This document shows, piece by piece, positions 60,558 to 64,000 of a stretch of DNA of 64,000 nt. Made by a program: the position numbers and the translations under genes. The notes beneath the pieces are model-generated. The model did no database searches. It saw only the letters and a list, made by a program, of their open reading frames with translations, and was not told the DNA's origin. Each line of letters opens with the position of its first letter. The stretch's first letter is position 1. The DNA is from an uncultured bacterium (lineage in GTDB: Bacteria > Krumholzibacteriota > Krumholzibacteriia > Krumholzibacteriales > Krumholzibacteriaceae): NCBI GenBank assembly GCA_963786935.1, contig CAWBAN010000001.1, positions 160,001-224,000 on the forward strand, written 5' to 3'.

Positions 60558-61499
60558 ATGAAGCGTAGGATTGGCATGGGGATTCTGCTGATTGCGCTGG
60601 TCCCCGCTCTGGCGTCGGCGAATACGAAACCGTTCGAGAAGGTCGGTACGTATTCGGCGCAGTTCCTGAAGATCGGCGTGTCGGCGAGAGCGGCGGGGAT
60701 GGGAAGCGCCTTCACGGCCGTCGCCAACGACGCGACAGCCATGTACTGGAATCCCGCGGGGATGGTCGAGCAGACGCGCACGCAGGTGACGCTGAACACG
60801 GTCGTCTGGCCGGCCGACATCGACGTCTATTTCGCGGGCGCCATATTCAGCACGCCGTATCTCCCCGGATCGTTCGGCGTGAGCGCGCGGGCGCTCACGA
60901 TGGACCCGCAGGAAGAGAGAACGATCTACATGCCCCAGGGAACGGAGCGGTACTTCGACGCCGGCGACATGTCGTTCGGCCTGTCGTACGCGACGTATTT
61001 CACCGACCGGTTCTCGGCGGGCATCACGACCAACTTCATCCATATGGGTCTCGCCGACAAGAGCGTCGAGTCGCTCGCGATCGATTTCGGCCTCATCTAC
61101 CGCATCGGTATCCGCGGCATGCGCCTCGGCATGATGCTTCAGAGCCTCGGCGGGGAAGTCGATTTCGACAACCGCGCGTCCAAGCTTCCGACCCTCTTCA
61201 AGGTCGGGCTCTCGGTCGACGCGCTGCGCACCGGCGCCCATACCCTGCTCGCGACGGGGGAGTTCTCGCACCCGGTCGACAACAAGGAGCGCATGAACGT
61301 CGGCATGGAGTACACGTTCAACCAGTTCTTCATGATCCGGTCGGGATACAACATCGGCTACGACACGCAGAAGCTCGCGTGGGGCGTCGGATTCAGGATC
61401 GATACGAGCCAGACGTCCGATATCGGCCTTGATTATTCCTGGGAGGATCTCGATTATCTCGGCACGAGCCACCGGTTCAGCATGAATTTCAGCTACTGA
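60558..61499 (+). CDS. PorV/PorQ-family (UPF0164-like) outer-membrane beta-barrel
   Basis: FLKIGVSARAAGMGSAFTAVANDATAMYWNPAG N-terminal motif; C-terminal HRFSMNFSY. Confidence 0.88.
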   Translation: MKRRIGMGILLIALVPALASANTKPFEKVGTYSAQFLKIGVSARAAGMGSAFTAVANDATAMYWNPAGMVEQTRTQVTLNTVVWPADIDVYFAGAIFSTPYLPGSFGVSARALTMDPQEERTIYMPQGTERYFDAGDMSFGLSYATYFTDRFSAGITTNFIHMGLADKSVESLAIDFGLIYRIGIRGMRLGMMLQSLGGEVDFDNRASKLPTLFKVGLSVDALRTGAHTLLATGEFSHPVDNKERMNVGMEYTFNQFFMIRSGYNIGYDTQKLAWGVGFRIDTSQTSDIGLDYSWEDLDYLGTSHRFSMNFSY

Positions 61500-61512
61500 G
61501 GGATCGCATTCC

Positions 61513-63036
61513 GTGTCTCTCGAGCTCCGCATACGTTTGCGTGCGCGTGCTCTCGTCGCCATCCTGCCGGTATTGCTCGTGCTCGCGCCGGCAGGCGCCG
61601 TCCGGTGCGATCCCGTCCGCGGGGAGGGCAGCTTCGAGTTTTTCGTCGACATCGCCTCCCTGCCGTCCGGCGGGCCCGGCACGATCCAACTCATCCAGAT
61701 TTCCGTTCCCACGAAAGAGCTCCAGTACGTCGAGAAGTCCGGCTCCTTCACCGCCGAAGTGCGATTCTCGATCAAGCTGACGTCGGGCGACGAGGTCGTC
61801 CACGAAAAGTTGTTCCAGATGCGCGATTCCCGCGACGAGATGCCCGCGGTGAAGGATCTTTCTTCGTTCATCTGCCATATCGATTCCTGCGCCGTCGGTC
61901 CGGGCGCCTACCGGCTCACCGTCAAGGTCGAGGATCTCCAGCGCAGGAAGCGCACCCTCCTCGGCATCCTGCGGCGGACCTATCATTCGTCCGAGGTGAA
62001 GAACGCGGAGTTCGATGTTCGGCCGTTCCCCGCCGACGGCATCGCACTGGCCGACCCGATCCTCGTGTGGGAGTCCGACGGCAGCGGGCGGTTCATCCCG
62101 AATCCGATGCAGATCTACGGTCTCCGGAAGGATACCTTGAGCGTGTACGTGCAGGCGGCGGTTCCGGCGGCGGTTCGGGACGATTCGCTCGACGTGCGGT
62201 TCCTGATTTCCCGCGACACGGGCGAGCAGATGGAGGAAGCGCGGTTCAGGATCCCCGTGAAGGAGAACCGGAGCTCGTTCCTGCGCATGACGGATCTCGC
62301 GGCCTACCCGTCGGGCTCATACCGGCTGACGGTCGAGACGAGCGCGCCGGGCGGGCTGTTCGCGTCGTCGGGCAAGGATTTCGCCGTCGTCTGGGAGCTC
62401 GTCAACTGGCAGAAGCCGTTGCGCGACATCGCGTTCGAAGCGCGTCTCGTCCTGAACAGCAAGCAGTATGACGAGTTCTCGCGGATGGATCTCGGCGAGC
62501 AGGAAGCCTTCATGCGCGCCTTCTGGAAGAAGCTCGATCCGACGCCGCAAACCGCGGCGAACGAGATCTTCGACAAGTTCGTCGCCCGCGTCAGATACGC
62601 CGACGCCCAGTACGGCACGTACGAGCGGGGGGCGCTCACCGACCGCGGATTCATTCTGATCCGATTCGGCCGGCCCGACGATATCGTCAACCAGCCCCTT
62701 CCGCAGAGCCGGGACGATCTGTACGAGGGGCTCGACAAGATTATCTCGGAATACAAGATCATCTCCGACGGCATCACGACGGAGAAGTCGGTGAAGGACC
62801 TCCGTCCCATCATCATATCCCCCGAGAAGCAGCGCGCGACGAGAGGCGACATCGGCAGCGATACCGGTTCGTTCGAGGTCTGGACCTACGCCTTCAAGGG
62901 GGATCCCCTCCTTCCGGGGGACTCGGGAATGACGGTCGACCAGGGCCTCAGGTTCCTGTTCATCGACAAGGACGGGTACGGTTCGTACCAGCTCGTCGGC
63001 TCCTCGGAGGAGATGACGGGGGACTCCCGGGACTAG
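61513..63036 (+). CDS. GWxTD-domain protein
   Basis: Signal-like N-terminus; FWKKLDPTP.T..NE....F..RV.YA...Y....GALTDRG.I.IRFG.PD; EVW.Y; F.FID..G.G.Y.L. Confidence 0.85.
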   Translation: MSLELRIRLRARALVAILPVLLVLAPAGAVRCDPVRGEGSFEFFVDIASLPSGGPGTIQLIQISVPTKELQYVEKSGSFTAEVRFSIKLTSGDEVVHEKLFQMRDSRDEMPAVKDLSSFICHIDSCAVGPGAYRLTVKVEDLQRRKRTLLGILRRTYHSSEVKNAEFDVRPFPADGIALADPILVWESDGSGRFIPNPMQIYGLRKDTLSVYVQAAVPAAVRDDSLDVRFLISRDTGEQMEEARFRIPVKENRSSFLRMTDLAAYPSGSYRLTVETSAPGGLFASSGKDFAVVWELVNWQKPLRDIAFEARLVLNSKQYDEFSRMDLGEQEAFMRAFWKKLDPTPQTAANEIFDKFVARVRYADAQYGTYERGALTDRGFILIRFGRPDDIVNQPLPQSRDDLYEGLDKIISEYKIISDGITTEKSVKDLRPIIISPEKQRATRGDIGSDTGSFEVWTYAFKGDPLLPGDSGMTVDQGLRFLFIDKDGYGSYQLVGSSEEMTGDSRD

Positions 63037-63276
63037 GTTTGTCACCGAGTTTGCGCGTCGTCCCGGAACCGCGCCGGACGCGGAATTTTAGGGTTGACAA
63101 GGGGGTATGGCATCGATTATTTTGCTCACGATAATAAGCAGGTGCACGTGGGATTGGGAGCGTCGCGGATCATTCCCGCTCTTCGCACATCGAGAGCAGC
63201 GCCCGGTCGCGCCGAATGATCCATCGAATCGAGATCAATTATCAAACCGCCAACAGTTGCAGGAGGAGCGCGTGGT

Positions 63277-64000
63277 ATGGCACAGAAGAACCGTTCGACG
63301 TTCGGCCTAATCGTTCTCTTGACCCTTGCTGTTGTCCTTTGCTTCGCGATGGCGACCGCGAATTCGCAGGAGTCCGCCGCCCCCACGACGCCGGCTCAGA
63401 CCGCCGTTTCGGGGCAGGATTCGCTCGGCATGGCGAAGGGCGATTCGATGAGCATCGTCAAGAAGATCGACGACATGAAGGAACGCGCTCGCCTCGGATG
63501 GTTCTATAACGTCCGGTACAGCGGGCTCGGCGATTTCTACGTGCGCGGCGGCGTGTTCATGCATCCGCTGCTCGCGTGCTCGATCATCGCGCTCGTGTTC
63601 ATCCTCGAGAGGCTCTTCACCCTGTCGCGCGCGCGCGTCGACGTGAAGAATCTCATGAACCGCGTGAGCCAGGCGCTCCGCGCCGAAGGCATCGACGCCG
63701 CCCTCAAGGTCTGCGAGGGGACGCGCGGTCCCATCGCGGCGGTTATCCACTCCGGTCTGCTCCGCGCTGGCCAGGGTCCCGACGCGGTGAAGGAAGCCAT
63801 CGAGACGGCCGGCTCGATCGAGACGTCGTTCCTCGAGCGCGGACTCGTGGTGCTCGCCACCGTATCGACCGTGGCGCCGATGTTGGGCTTCCTCGGAACG
63901 GTGTCGGGTATGATGAACGCCTTCGCCGCCATCGCGGCCGCGGAGCAGGTGAGCGCGAAGATCGTGGCGTCCGGTATCGAAGAGGCGCTGATCACGACGA
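63277..64000 (+). CDS. MotA/TolQ/ExbB proton channel family protein (3'-truncated; absent from ORF track)
   Basis: AGGAGG RBS; hand translation MAQKNRSTFG...GGVFMHPLLACSIIALVFILER...APMLGFLGTVSGM..AF..I...VASGIEEALITT. Confidence 0.93.
   Translation, partial: MAQKNRSTFGLIVLLTLAVVLCFAMATANSQESAAPTTPAQTAVSGQDSLGMAKGDSMSIVKKIDDMKERARLGWFYNVRYSGLGDFYVRGGVFMHPLLACSIIALVFILERLFTLSRARVDVKNLMNRVSQALRAEGIDAALKVCEGTRGPIAAVIHSGLLRAGQGPDAVKEAIETAGSIETSFLERGLVVLATVSTVAPMLGFLGTVSGMMNAFAAIAAAEQVSAKIVASGIEEALITT

Noticed and set aside
54807..60820. 1045-aa and 939-aa minus-strand ORFs
   Set aside because: Antisense shadows of the TBDR-like and CTD protein genes
1..64000. tRNA, rRNA, CRISPR arrays, prophage or integrase genes
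   Set aside because: None recognised; intergenic gaps are short and explained by promoters and terminators

Overview
High-GC bacterial chromosomal segment. The gene content (FlgD-Ig/T9SS-like C-terminal domains, PorV-like gene, WGxIK-tailed secreted proteins) suggests an FCB-group lineage such as Krumholzibacteria/Latescibacteria; this is inference only. Housekeeping blocks are truB-ribF-rpsO-pnp-M16 peptidase-dut, asnS, uvrA-gcvTH-PA-PB-lipoyl ligase-peptide ABC transporter, and a complete V/A-type ATPase operon with a Na+-type K subunit. Between asnS and uvrA lies an ~18 kb secretome region, the most unusual part of the window. It holds two paralogous two-gene cassettes. In each, a giant secreted protein ending in Fn3/dockerin-like/cohesin-like/FlgD-CTD is followed, after an identical 13-bp stem-loop, by a small Cys-rich protein made only of cohesin-like domain(s) plus a CTD. 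This looks like a cohesin-dockerin, cellulosome-like surface assembly with non-cellulase cargo (twin beta-helices; DUF362 plus five LamG modules). Two small secreted proteins sharing a C-terminal 'WGAIKSL(F/Y)' tail bracket the region. The window ends in a TonB-dependent-receptor-like / CTD protein / PorV-like / GWxTD / ExbB cluster. All domain calls are by-eye motif recognition, not database searches. No tRNA, rRNA, CRISPR array or transposase was recognised.
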